DNA from: a virus
Taxonomy: Duplodnaviria > Caudoviricetes
Strand: one strand, 5' to 3'
Length of the DNA: 64,000 bases
IMG/VR virus record: IMGVR_UViG_3300020036_009553
Coordinates: 64,416 to 128,415 of that record
The notes under the pieces are model-generated. The model was not told the origin of the DNA. It did not search any database and was given only the letters and a program-made list of their open reading frames with translations. Positions 27,004 to 37,708 of this stretch are shown in pieces. Position numbers and translations under genes: made by a program. Each line of letters opens with the position of its first letter. Position 1 is the first letter of the stretch.

Positions 27004-30000
27004 TTAGAAGGCTGCAATTGCCACTCTTCTCCAACCTGTTGCTCCGTACACATAAAAGAAACTATCATCCGCAAACCAATTTCCAGCATATCCAGCAGAT
27101 CCAGAGTTAGCTGGCGCAGCAGCAGTTCTGGTTCCTACTAATTGCCACGATTGCTTGGCAGTAGATGGGTTAGTGGTATCACTACACAGGGCTTGGCTTT
27201 TTGCTGAAGGAACAGCGCCACCGACAGATACTACCCCCGTCGCCAAGATGCTTAATGAACCCAACCCAGCTGTTATGTTAAATTGTCCGTTCGCGGCTGT
27301 TCCGATCCCTGTTGTGAGGGTTATATTACCACCCGTGCCAGCAGATCCTTGTCCGCCCGTAAGTGTGATATTACCTCCGTTTGTTGATCCGTTTCCTCCA
27401 GCTATTGACACATTTCCTCCAGCTCCACCAGCGTTAGTGCCCGCTGTAGCTGTTATTCCAGCCGCTCCTCCAGAAGCAACTGGGGTTCCGGTTAGTGTAA
27501 TAGTTGTAGCATCAATTAATAAATTTACGTTTATGCCATCAGCAGATCCTGTAATGGTGTTATTGAACACTGTAGCGGCTGTAAAAGTCTTTGCCCCTGT
27601 TAATGTTTCAATGCCAGCTTTGTGTACAGCGAGGGTGTCTGTTGTTTTAAGAGCTAATTGTGTATCCACATATGTCTTAGAAGTAGCAGCACCTCCAGCA
27701 GAAGGAATGGCTGGTAGCCCCAACACCTCTCCTGTTCCGCCAAATGTAATGTTTACATTATTAGTTAACACAGTGGAGAGAAGTTTGGATACAAACCCGT
27801 CATCAACATATTGTTTTGTTGCTGCTCCTAATGGAACAACTGGGTCAGCAGCGAGAATCAGCGGACCAGTAAGTGTACCCCCACTAGATCCAAATTTAGT
27901 ATCAGCATATGTTTTATTGACGGCATCTGTTCCAACTACAGGAGCATTTGGTAGAGTGATTCCAACCCCAGCGCCTGATAATATCAATGAACCAGTTATC
28001 GTGTCTCCAGCTTTGTTCACACGAGTTGCTATTGCGTTGTCCACATATATTTTATTTGTGGCGTCACTATTATTAACCGGAACGGGTAACCCTGTTGTTG
28101 TTCCGGCGGTAAAAGTCAGATTTCCTGCGATTGAATCCCCGTTTTTACTAACACGGAGAGCGTCTTGTGTATCAACATATGTTTTGTTGGCGGCATCAGA
28201 TGCTAGAGTTGGAGATGTTACGTTGTTAATTTGATGATTTCCAAGATTGAGCGATCCTGTCATCGGCAAAGTTCCATCTAATCTCAAATAAATGGTGTCA
28301 ATGTATGATGTGTTAATTTTAACAGTGTCTGCGTTAACAGTAATTCCATCACCAGCTCCTACGTTTAATATGCTACCATTGTATTTTAATCCGCCCCCCG
28401 CTACCAACATATTTGGCCCTGAAAATTCAATCCACTTGTAGGTTGAACCATATGATCCCACCCCCCATGTTCCTCTAAATGTGTAGGAATGTCCAAAATG
28501 GGGAGATTGGCTGCTGATATTTGATCCGGTAACTGTTGGACCAACGCCTGTGACAGAAAACGCGTATGGTTCTGTTGGTGTATAAAATGAATATGTATAT
28601 GGACCAATACCTGTAACTGTTGCTATTTTACCAGCTGATCCTGCAACTCCCCCTGAAGGGAGTAAGGTGAGGGGATCTTCAGGATCTGGTTCTACAAATA
28701 CCCCAAATCTATCACCAACTTGGACGTTCCTGCCTAAAATATCTATCCATCCCCATGTTTGGACCTGAGTAATTGGATCAATACTAACTACCCCATATGT
28801 AACTATTCTGTTCGCTTTTCCAACCCAAGCACCCGTGGGAGCAGCCCCAACGATATATGCTTTGTGCATTGCTATAGATGTGTCTGTTGCGGTACCATTG
28901 TTACCAACGCCAACAGGAATAGTGTTAGCAGATACAGTAACATCAGTGTCTCCTCCGTTGTTTGCTGCTGACACAACGACGTATGACATGTTAGCACCTG
29001 GGAAGGTATTATCCGTAATGGTTAATATTTGCCCAGCAGTAAACAATGATGCATAATTTCCGGATAATTTCCATATATTTGCTGGTCCTGTGGTAGCAGA
29101 TAGTACCGTGGCTGTAATAAAAGGAGGAGTTGACACAATATCTGAAAATAAATTAGGTTCCAACACAGGTTGAAGCCAAATAATTCCGTTTGCCAGTCCG
29201 TCAACATACGCTTTATTAGCTCCATCTGCAGGCAGGGTAGGGGTACTTACGTTTATGATTTTGTTTGACCCGAGATTCAACACATTTTGATCAGGAACGG
29301 ATGTGGTAAATGTCATTGTTGGAGCTAGACCAATGTTATTTTGAATAACCACCGTATTTGCGCCTGTTCCAACAGTTACGTTTCCTTTATCGATCAGTAC
29401 ATTGCCTGCTCCTTGAATATGGAAATCTCCTGTGCTCGCTGGATCAAACACGATGTCTGATGTACCATATGCGCGGGTTGGAACACTTGAAAGATTCAAC
29501 CCTAGTACATCTGGTTTTCCTCCTGGTAGGGGTCCAATATTGAGCGATCCTGTCATTGATCCTGATCTAGTTCCTGCTACACCAGAGTAGCCACCAGTTT
29601 TTGCAATATATAATTCATCAGATGTTTTTAAATTAACAGCATCTAAAGGAAGAATAGGATCAGCCATATTAGTAATCTGGTTTCCTCCCATGTCCACAAA
29701 GTCCGCAAATGGAACAGTTCCAACCAATACGCCTTGTTTATTTGTCTTACTTGTGTATGCATATAACTGAGGGGCAGATACATCGAACCAAAGTTGTCCT
29801 ATTAGTGGGTTGGCGGGCTCTTCGCCAGCTCCAATAAACACCCCATCACCAACTACGGTTCCGGGGATATTTTGAGAGAATGTTAACTTTGTAAAATCTC
29901 CGTCTAATTCATTTGTGGTAAGTGTAAGAACTTGATCAGCCACTCCTGTATCATCAATATATTGATAATCTCTTCCAACGACGAGAGCATTATCATTATA

Positions 30001-31527
30001 GAACTTTGCTGGTAAGAAAATTTTACTATTGACTCCTGGTACCACATTATGTACAGTGGTACGAATTCCCGTTGCAAAATTTTCAGTTATATGGAGGTCA
30101 TTACGTTGAATAGCTTCCCCCCATGTTATAGTGTCATTAAATGATGCTGATCCCTTACCTATAAGTGCCAGTGGGGAAAGATCATTTAACACATCATATT
30201 GTAAATACCCATATGATGGAACAGGCACAGGATAAAAAATCTCGCCAGTATCGTTAATGACGGGAGTTCCTGAAGTGTGTACGAGATGGGTTACAATTTC
30301 AGTAACATTACCACCAATGTTATAAGATATGGACTCGATGGGGAGTTCATTGTAAGAGTAATAATTATTGCCTTTAACTATGATTGGACATCCCACAGTA
30401 AATTTATCTACCTGGTTTCCAGAAATTCTCCAAATCACCAAATAATTGTTTGGGGTGGTTAGCTGGATGGAGGGAGCGGAAGCCAATGGTCCATACCCAA
30501 CCGTTGGTTGAGTTGTTAACATTCCATCGTTGCCGACACCAATAGGAATCGTTCCTGTTACGGTCACAAGTGAGACAGGAGGATACATCATTGTTTTACC
30601 ACTCGCAGTAGTAGCAGGAGATATTGCTTCCGTGGTAGTAATAACAGTGTTAGCACCGGAGTTAATCGCTGATGCTACAGTGTATTCAGCATTTGCTGTG
30701 TTTGATATAACACGAAATTTCTGATTGTGAGGATATAGATTTGCCTTATTTCCCACAATAGTGATGGTTTGAGCAGGAATGTTGAGCCCAATGATTAGAT
30801 CAGTACCACTATTAGCTAATGATTGCACAGTGTATACATCATTTGCTCCTGGCAAACTGTTAGATCCAATTGAGAAATCAGAGCCGGCCGGAAGACTACA
30901 CGCTGCATTTGACGCTCCGAGGAAGGTGAACGTTCCGTGTAATCCTGATGAAGCTGCAATTACGGGAAATTGTGGAGTTATTAACGTTGTGCCAGGAAAC
31001 AATGGGATAATGGTGCGATCGTTAACATAGGACGCTCCAATTGGATCCATTAGGTACGTACCATCGTATGCTCCACCAAGGATATTAAATTGCTTGATAG
31101 TTGTCATTGTTCCAATGGCTGTTATTCCTGAAAACACCCCATCTAATGTGATAACAGTATTAGGACCAACATTAGCTGTTGCTGTAATACGATGAATACC
31201 ATCTGCCGGCCCATTATTGGATATAAGAATAGCGTAGCCAACTTGAAAATCTTCGTTGCTAGTGTAATTTCCAGCAATTGTTATAGATCCATATGATACC
31301 CCCAACGCCCCAGCTGTTACAGCAACAATTGGTGCGTCAATTACTGTACTAGCGTCAAATTGTCGTGTTACTTCATCAGCAATCACAATACGTGGCGGAG
31401 TAGTAGAAAAATCAATATCGACAATTTGGCGAGGGACTGATTGAGCGCCCGCCCCATTTCCTTCGAGAGGATATACTGTTCCTAATACTTGCCCACTGGA
31501 TAATTTAAATACATATTCTGAAGCCAT
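27004..31527 (-). CDS. tail fibre / baseplate-associated structural protein (1507 aa)
   Basis: multiple DA(A/T)(N/T)K.YVD fibre repeats, Gly-rich beta repeats, C-terminal WRRVAI motif. Confidence 0.85.
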   Translation of the reverse strand: MASEYVFKLSSGQVLGTVYPLEGNGAGAQSVPRQIVDIDFSTTPPRIVIADEVTRQFDASTVIDAPIVAVTAGALGVSYGSITIAGNYTSNEDFQVGYAILISNNGPADGIHRITATANVGPNTVITLDGVFSGITAIGTMTTIKQFNILGGAYDGTYLMDPIGASYVNDRTIIPLFPGTTLITPQFPVIAASSGLHGTFTFLGASNAACSLPAGSDFSIGSNSLPGANDVYTVQSLANSGTDLIIGLNIPAQTITIVGNKANLYPHNQKFRVISNTANAEYTVASAINSGANTVITTTEAISPATTASGKTMMYPPVSLVTVTGTIPIGVGNDGMLTTQPTVGYGPLASAPSIQLTTPNNYLVIWRISGNQVDKFTVGCPIIVKGNNYYSYNELPIESISYNIGGNVTEIVTHLVHTSGTPVINDTGEIFYPVPVPSYGYLQYDVLNDLSPLALIGKGSASFNDTITWGEAIQRNDLHITENFATGIRTTVHNVVPGVNSKIFLPAKFYNDNALVVGRDYQYIDDTGVADQVLTLTTNELDGDFTKLTFSQNIPGTVVGDGVFIGAGEEPANPLIGQLWFDVSAPQLYAYTSKTNKQGVLVGTVPFADFVDMGGNQITNMADPILPLDAVNLKTSDELYIAKTGGYSGVAGTRSGSMTGSLNIGPLPGGKPDVLGLNLSSVPTRAYGTSDIVFDPASTGDFHIQGAGNVLIDKGNVTVGTGANTVVIQNNIGLAPTMTFTTSVPDQNVLNLGSNKIINVSTPTLPADGANKAYVDGLANGIIWLQPVLEPNLFSDIVSTPPFITATVLSATTGPANIWKLSGNYASLFTAGQILTITDNTFPGANMSYVVVSAANNGGDTDVTVSANTIPVGVGNNGTATDTSIAMHKAYIVGAAPTGAWVGKANRIVTYGVVSIDPITQVQTWGWIDILGRNVQVGDRFGVFVEPDPEDPLTLLPSGGVAGSAGKIATVTGIGPYTYSFYTPTEPYAFSVTGVGPTVTGSNISSQSPHFGHSYTFRGTWGVGSYGSTYKWIEFSGPNMLVAGGGLKYNGSILNVGAGDGITVNADTVKINTSYIDTIYLRLDGTLPMTGSLNLGNHQINNVTSPTLASDAANKTYVDTQDALRVSKNGDSIAGNLTFTAGTTTGLPVPVNNSDATNKIYVDNAIATRVNKAGDTITGSLILSGAGVGITLPNAPVVGTDAVNKTYADTKFGSSGGTLTGPLILAADPVVPLGAATKQYVDDGFVSKLLSTVLTNNVNITFGGTGEVLGLPAIPSAGGAATSKTYVDTQLALKTTDTLAVHKAGIETLTGAKTFTAATVFNNTITGSADGINVNLLIDATTITLTGTPVASGGAAGITATAGTNAGGAGGNVSIAGGNGSTNGGNITLTGGQGSAGTGGNITLTTGIGTAANGQFNITAGLGSLSILATGVVSVGGAVPSAKSQALCSDTTNPSTAKQSWQLVGTRTAAAPANSGSAGYAGNWFADDSFFYVYGATGWRRVAIAAF

Positions 31528-31546
31528 TATTTTTGTCCTTTGTTTA

Positions 31547-34165
31547 TTATTGTGATACTAATATTTCTAATACATTGCCATTTGGTACCACGGTATTGAA
31601 TGTAACTTGGGTAGATAATGTTCCTGGAATTCCAACTTCCTCATATCCCAATGAACCGGACACAGAAGTATTTACAGGTGCGGAACATGAATCAATCTGC
31701 TCAAACAATTCTCCTGCGCTGTATGATACCACCATGCTAGATCCCGGTCCACCAGATAAACTAGATATAAAACTTATTACAATTTCGTTTGGCCGTTGAT
31801 CGTTAACGAGTCCTACGGGTTGCCATCCATGGGGAGGAACAGGGGTAGCCACACTTTGATAGTTAGGTAGTGAAGAAAATAGCGGATTAACAGTGGCGTC
31901 AGTAATTGAGATGCTTGAAGTTTCCCCTGTTGTAGTAGATGTAATTCGTATCCGGTGGTTTCCAGAATCTAATGTGGCAACAGCAGCCCCAGCTAAATCA
32001 ATATTGATTTCAGTAAGTAGGTCAGTAAAAGTAGCAGCATTAACTCCCGTGATTAATAATGATTTAACGTCACTATCATCTACTTTGACTGTTGCTGCGT
32101 ACGTAGTTCCTCCCGTCAATCCTGTTGCATCCCCACCCGCTGGACCGGCTCCAGAAAACGTTACATCTTCATACCCACTTGTTGAGGTGGGAAGTGATGA
32201 TAAGGCTAGATACAACGCATTCAATAGATCAAGATATGTATAATCTGCGGTTACCACTGTAGTTAACACTGTAGCAGTTCCATCCCAAGTCAAGGTAAAA
32301 TCATATGAGCCAGGAGTAATTGGAACCAATGATTTTAATCCAACATTGGGTTGTTGAAAGGTTAATGTAGATGTTCCTCGCTCATCAGCATATAATTTGA
32401 TGCCGTCTTGGAATATTTGCAAATTATTGCTGCTAATTTCATACGCCATTTCATCATTCAAAGTTAAATTAGTGATTCCGCCAACACCAGCAACAACGAT
32501 TTGTCGCCGTTTATTTTGCGCTGCGGCATACAACATTTGGTCAACAGATGTTATTATATCCTTTAACGTAATAAGTGGATAATTTGGATTGGTGGCGAAA
32601 AAGGACATTAATGCACTTTGGCTGTACTCACGCGATAAGTCATACAATAGTTGGGTAGTCATGTGGTTGTGAACCATTGGAGAAATACGGTCACGTGTCA
32701 CAACAGGATCCAACCCAGAGGACCTCACCAATATTAACGATCCACCTGGTACTCCAGGAACGGGCGCAGCAATGGTTACGTAATCAGTCAAAGAATTAAA
32801 TAAATCTGTGTCACTGATTGCCACGGATGAAAATTCACCTGATGTGGTTGATAGAATTTTCAAATAGCCAGTGTTGGTAAATTGACATATTCCTGCTCCT
32901 CCCAGGTCATTGTTTATTTCAGTGAATAAATTTGAAAATATTTGTGCTTCAAATCCATTAATTGATATATTTTTATCAACACCATCAATATTGATAGTTG
33001 CGGTATATACAGTGGCGTCATTAGCTAGTCCTGTAGCATCAGGTCCTGATTTTAGCGTAGTAAATACCACAGTCTGATATCCTGCTGTATCTGATGGATT
33101 GAAAATAGATTCGGTTGTTACTCCATCCGCAGCTCCATTATTAGGAGGAAATACTATATTTGTAATAGCATCGGTGATAGTGTCATCCACATATAATTTA
33201 TTGGCAGCATCGGTGTTTGACACAGGAGATCCAACAGCTTGGACCACATTATCTCCAAATGATATTCCTCCAACGCTTACATTTCCGGGGGCAACAACAA
33301 AGTTAGAATTGGGATGAATGGTTATGTCACCTCCCACAATTACAGGACCAGATAGCGCTCCTCCTGTTAATGGGAGATAATTTCCGCTTCCTGTTACAAT
33401 GGCGTCAATTCTGGCACTCAATGCTTGGTCAGCGATGATCATATTGTTATCTAGCACAGCAATCTGATTACTTAATATTGTATCAGTATTTTGTAATGTG
33501 GTAATTTGCCCCGATAGGGTCGAATGGGATAGATTGATAGAATTCTGCAACGCTGCATCTACAGCATCAACATACGTCTTATTTGTTACGTGATTACCAA
33601 GGACAGGCAGCTCTGGAGAAATAAAATAATGTCCTGGTGTAGTGGCCAGATCACCAGTTAATGTTCCTCCTCCTAATGTTAGTATATTAGCATTAAGGTA
33701 AGCAACACTAACTGCATCGTTCGGATCGGTGGCTAATCCTAAATTGGTAATTTTTTGGTTTCCAACATCAACAGGAGCGGTGATTTCTCCGCTTATGAGT
33801 AGTGGCGACCATGAAACGTTGTTCCACAGATACAATCCTTTTGTAGCTGGATCCGTAGGAAATAAAATATTTGCTCCTACGGTGTCTTTGTACCAAAGCA
33901 TTCCCTTCAGGGGAGGTTGGGGGCGAGTTGGACCAGCGAAATTTTCAGCAAGATACACCAGATTATTTTGTACCATTTCTCCATATTCAGGAACTCCTTT
34001 TCCGGTCAATACCAGTGGAGTGTTAGCAGAAACAGCGTGAACACTTGAAATTGGATTAATATATAATGACGTGGTTAAAGGGGACTGAGGTCCATTTGCT
34101 GTATATGGTTTAACAACAAACGCAGGAGTCCCATCATTGGAAAATCTAAAATTATAATCTGACAT
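31547..34165 (-). CDS. virion structural / fibre protein (872 aa)
   Basis: N-terminal L.GKG...YGE....L..LAENFA...P..G.LW domain, NK.YVD repeats, duplicated ~100-aa internal domain; AATAAATA at 34209-34216. Confidence 0.8.
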   Translation of the reverse strand: MSDYNFRFSNDGTPAFVVKPYTANGPQSPLTTSLYINPISSVHAVSANTPLVLTGKGVPEYGEMVQNNLVYLAENFAGPTRPQPPLKGMLWYKDTVGANILFPTDPATKGLYLWNNVSWSPLLISGEITAPVDVGNQKITNLGLATDPNDAVSVAYLNANILTLGGGTLTGDLATTPGHYFISPELPVLGNHVTNKTYVDAVDAALQNSINLSHSTLSGQITTLQNTDTILSNQIAVLDNNMIIADQALSARIDAIVTGSGNYLPLTGGALSGPVIVGGDITIHPNSNFVVAPGNVSVGGISFGDNVVQAVGSPVSNTDAANKLYVDDTITDAITNIVFPPNNGAADGVTTESIFNPSDTAGYQTVVFTTLKSGPDATGLANDATVYTATINIDGVDKNISINGFEAQIFSNLFTEINNDLGGAGICQFTNTGYLKILSTTSGEFSSVAISDTDLFNSLTDYVTIAAPVPGVPGGSLILVRSSGLDPVVTRDRISPMVHNHMTTQLLYDLSREYSQSALMSFFATNPNYPLITLKDIITSVDQMLYAAAQNKRRQIVVAGVGGITNLTLNDEMAYEISSNNLQIFQDGIKLYADERGTSTLTFQQPNVGLKSLVPITPGSYDFTLTWDGTATVLTTVVTADYTYLDLLNALYLALSSLPTSTSGYEDVTFSGAGPAGGDATGLTGGTTYAATVKVDDSDVKSLLITGVNAATFTDLLTEINIDLAGAAVATLDSGNHRIRITSTTTGETSSISITDATVNPLFSSLPNYQSVATPVPPHGWQPVGLVNDQRPNEIVISFISSLSGGPGSSMVVSYSAGELFEQIDSCSAPVNTSVSGSLGYEEVGIPGTLSTQVTFNTVVPNGNVLEILVSQ

Positions 34166-34247
34166 GTATAACGTCCTTATGGCTTACCAACAATAAAATA
34201 TGTAATACTATTTATTGTTGGTTGACATAAAGAATCTATGGCGTATT

Positions 34248-35516
34248 TCAATCTATCCAATGTATTGAATTATTGAACAGCAATTTTAATGATGCTGTCC
34301 GTATAGCTTTATAATGAATTTTTTCAAGAGTGCAATTTATTGCAAACACAGCATCACCCAAATCTAACGGACAGGAACTCTTGCATACACGATAATTTCC
34401 ACAAGAAATACAATGAGATTCTCGCGTTATGTCCATTTTTTTAATGCGAATTCCCTTGAGGTGCATTATATTACCACTATTGTACGTTTCGTCTACATTT
34501 TGGCAAGCTCTAACATTGCCCAACATGTCCATAGTGATAGTTTTGCTGTCATCCGACCCACATGAAGTTTTAATGATGGATTTAGCTGGATGTTTCAAAG
34601 ATGCCGCTAGTGGAAGGATTCCTGTTCCTGTGTGGACCAAGGTAGTACGGAGTAGGGTTGAATTGGGGTTTGTATGAGTGAGTTGAACAATATGAGCGTC
34701 TAGGTAATTGGTAAGGATATCATGATACTTTGGCAAATCATCTCCTGTGATGACATGGTGTGTGGAATTTTGTGATAATGTACTATCATACACTCGTCCT
34801 AATTCATATACTAAAGTAACTAGATTTAAGTTGTGTGTTGTGAGGTAATTGTAGAAAAAATCATTAATGTTGAATAGGTTATAATTTGTTTTGCTGATAA
34901 CAGCATTGAAACTGAATTGTATTCTTGGGTAAAAATCAGTTTGAATTCGTTGAAGAACTTCCACTTTTCTGTGTAAAAATTCAGGTCCTCTAGTGACATC
35001 ATGCCCGGGTCCATCGTGAGATATCCCGATAACTACCTTCCCTGTTAATTGTGCAAAAAAATCTATATGTTTATGATTTAATAATGTCCCATTTGTGGGG
35101 ATGTACCAAGTAAGAGTTGGAGCATCCAACTCTTTCATTAACTCTTTTATATCATTCCAATATAATAATGTTTCTCCACCCCAGAGTTCAACGCGCTCTA
35201 AAGAAGAACAATCTAAATGGCGTCGTATAGACTTGATCAACATTGGGGTCAAAGAATTGGTTTTTCTCTCTTCAGGATTACCAATATCTTTTTGCATACA
35301 ATACCCACAACTGTAATTACATCCATGGCCTAAAATAATTTTAAGCAGTACTGGCGTCTTTGATTTAGATAAAGTTCCATACCTGGTAACAATTGGGGAA
35401 TCGGGCAACTCATAGGATACTAATGGCACACCATCAGCATCACAAATCCCATTATAGACATTGTCATATGTTAGAATTTGAGGAGAATCACCAACCCTAA
35501 ATTTAAAGAGGCTCAT
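34248..35516 (-). CDS. radical SAM/SPASM protein (rSAM-4)
   Basis: CNYSCGYC, WGGETL, TNG, SHDG; C..G...C and CISC.....CKSSCP....C. Confidence 0.9.
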   Translation of the reverse strand: MSLFKFRVGDSPQILTYDNVYNGICDADGVPLVSYELPDSPIVTRYGTLSKSKTPVLLKIILGHGCNYSCGYCMQKDIGNPEERKTNSLTPMLIKSIRRHLDCSSLERVELWGGETLLYWNDIKELMKELDAPTLTWYIPTNGTLLNHKHIDFFAQLTGKVVIGISHDGPGHDVTRGPEFLHRKVEVLQRIQTDFYPRIQFSFNAVISKTNYNLFNINDFFYNYLTTHNLNLVTLVYELGRVYDSTLSQNSTHHVITGDDLPKYHDILTNYLDAHIVQLTHTNPNSTLLRTTLVHTGTGILPLAASLKHPAKSIIKTSCGSDDSKTITMDMLGNVRACQNVDETYNSGNIMHLKGIRIKKMDITRESHCISCGNYRVCKSSCPLDLGDAVFAINCTLEKIHYKAIRTASLKLLFNNSIHWID

Positions 35517-36643
35517 GCTGAAAATCCAAATAATGATACTATCCCTGGAATATTAGAGGATGGATTATACAATCCATGTTCGGTAGACATCCATCCTTGT
35601 TTGACAAATTGCTTATATATTTGCATATATGGTCTGAACACTAACATTGGAATAAAATTATAATTAGGATTAACAATTACATTATTGGACACATATTCAA
35701 AATATTTTTTAAACGCAGGGTTTGGAGCGAAAGTCAACAACGCAGCGTCTTGTTTGTACTTGTTAATTTTTGCCTGCAATGTCTTATATACTAATACTGA
35801 CACATCATCGTTTCCCTCTTCCATAATATCGTAATAAGGAGTTGAGTTTTCAATGGTGCTATCCACCATAGTTAAATAGATATTAGTTCCTTGAACATAT
35901 ATTAATTCACTCAACACACTTACTGGGATGTTATTAATTACAGTATGAGTTTGATCTTTGTAATCAACACCGGGCGCATCAGTAGAAGTACAAGGCTGCG
36001 TAAAGTCAAAATGTGATCCGACTGCAATGTTATTTTGATGAGCCCAATCTACTACAGTTTGTACCCCAGTACTTGTATCCCCCCCAGGAGTGCTAATGAT
36101 GATTTTTATCTTTCCAACAGGGGTTTGTTGGTGGCAAGCAGTCAACCTTCGAACAATTTCGTGGGCGAATTCTCCTTTTTTCTTGTTTAAAAACACATCG
36201 CTGAAAGATAGTTCATAAATTCCAGTAAACTCTAATGAATTAATGATTGGTTGTTGTTGAATAAACCCAATATCTGTCACACCGGCGTGCAGCATTCTAC
36301 TACTGTGTTTTTCGTAGAATGCAAACAATGAAGGATGGTTTCGTTTAATAAAGTACATGTCATCGCATGTGGTAACAACATCAAATAAATCCATTATTTT
36401 GACGAGGCGTTCTTCTTTATCAGGAGTCATTGGAGTGATATATTGTTTCATTTTTTCTTCATCCACCCAAAAATCTTCAAGATAACATATTTTACATCCA
36501 GAGTAACATCGGTATTTGTTAAACACATTAATAACAACATCATTCGTCAAGTTATATAATAAATCATAGCGAATGAAAAAATCCTTAAAATTTGTATCCA
36601 ACGTGAGTTCTGGGATGGTGTGTTGGTCTAGCGCATTAATCAT
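35513..36643 (-). CDS. divergent radical SAM protein (rSAM-3), no SPASM; start moved to ATG 36643
   Basis: CYSGCKIC; no GGEP; ATGA overlaps on both sides. Confidence 0.65.
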   Translation of the reverse strand: MINALDQHTIPELTLDTNFKDFFIRYDLLYNLTNDVVINVFNKYRCYSGCKICYLEDFWVDEEKMKQYITPMTPDKEERLVKIMDLFDVVTTCDDMYFIKRNHPSLFAFYEKHSSRMLHAGVTDIGFIQQQPIINSLEFTGIYELSFSDVFLNKKKGEFAHEIVRRLTACHQQTPVGKIKIIISTPGGDTSTGVQTVVDWAHQNNIAVGSHFDFTQPCTSTDAPGVDYKDQTHTVINNIPVSVLSELIYVQGTNIYLTMVDSTIENSTPYYDIMEEGNDDVSVLVYKTLQAKINKYKQDAALLTFAPNPAFKKYFEYVSNNVIVNPNYNFIPMLVFRPYMQIYKQFVKQGWMSTEHGLYNPSSNIPGIVSLFGFSA

Positions 36644-37707
36644 ATTCCTACCCAATGAAAGAAAGTTTTTTGTGTTTTTAATTTTTGTGAATGGAGTATA
36701 ATTACATTCAACATTTCATAGAATTGTTTACATTTATCTGATGTTCGTGGCTCATTAAATCCCTTAAATAAGTATTTGAGGCCACATGTGGGTCGGGATG
36801 AACAAGAGACGCAGTCAGGCAATAACATATCATCATCATTTTTAATTCTATTTAATTTAATTGGTGGTTTCCATGATCCGATTGATGTATGGGTCCACTT
36901 ATATTCAAGAAAATCATATTCCGGATAAATTAACCCGTCAGGGGATAAGATTAATTGTTTGTGTTGATTGAAGTAATGTTTATCAATACCGGTCCCTTGT
37001 CCATCAACGACAACATCAACCCCATATGTGTAAAGGACGTGTATAAACCGCAGGAAAGCGGCGAAAAACAAAGGTAAATCTAAGTCATTGATCAACACTT
37101 TAAAATTATCAGCGCCACGATGGTGCCGCAATGGAATTAATACAATATTACTAATCGAGTGTTGGTTAAACATAGCCACGATGGCTTTGATGGTATTGAG
37201 ACTAAAAACTTGTGGATCTGTGATGGGCATTACATATTGTAATTGCACATCTTTAATTCCTGCATTGTTGAGGATCGTTAATGCTTCGTGGATGTCAAAC
37301 TCTGTTCGATTAATTGGCTGATATAAAAAATCATAGCTGATGCTTACTCGTAGCAATTTCCCCCACCGCTTGAAGAATTTTTCATTGCGTTGGATTAAAC
37401 TGCCATTTGTTTGAATAAAAAATTGAACAGGAGATGAAGTGTTAATCGATATTGAAGATATGAGTTGGTCCATAACATCTACAAATACCAACGGTTCTCC
37501 TCCGTGAAAACTAAACATTTTTGGAGGATTAGTGAATAGTCCAGTATCACGCAAAAAGGTTATCAGTGCGGGTACATCGTCAAGGGTAAAAGACTGGTTT
37601 CCTATTTTTGTGATATACTTGCGGTCACAATATCCACATTGGAAATTGCACTTAGTGCCAAGATGAAAACTTACATCTTGGCACCCACTGAAATCAAACG
37701 TATCCAT
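36640..37707 (-). CDS. radical SAM protein with partial SPASM (rSAM-2); start moved to ATG 37707
   Basis: CNFQCGYC, FHGGEPL, QTNGSL; CVSC.....C...C; first SPASM cysteines missing. Confidence 0.9.
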   Translation of the reverse strand: MDTFDFSGCQDVSFHLGTKCNFQCGYCDRKYITKIGNQSFTLDDVPALITFLRDTGLFTNPPKMFSFHGGEPLVFVDVMDQLISSISINTSSPVQFFIQTNGSLIQRNEKFFKRWGKLLRVSISYDFLYQPINRTEFDIHEALTILNNAGIKDVQLQYVMPITDPQVFSLNTIKAIVAMFNQHSISNIVLIPLRHHRGADNFKVLINDLDLPLFFAAFLRFIHVLYTYGVDVVVDGQGTGIDKHYFNQHKQLILSPDGLIYPEYDFLEYKWTHTSIGSWKPPIKLNRIKNDDDMLLPDCVSCSSRPTCGLKYLFKGFNEPRTSDKCKQFYEMLNVIILHSQKLKTQKTFFHWVGI

Positions 37708-37708
37708 T

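Noticed and set aside
27155-28234. 359-aa + strand ORF and similar antisense ORFs over fibre genes
   Set aside because: Shadow frames caused by Gly/Thr/Ala codon bias of the - strand genes; no RBS or motifs.
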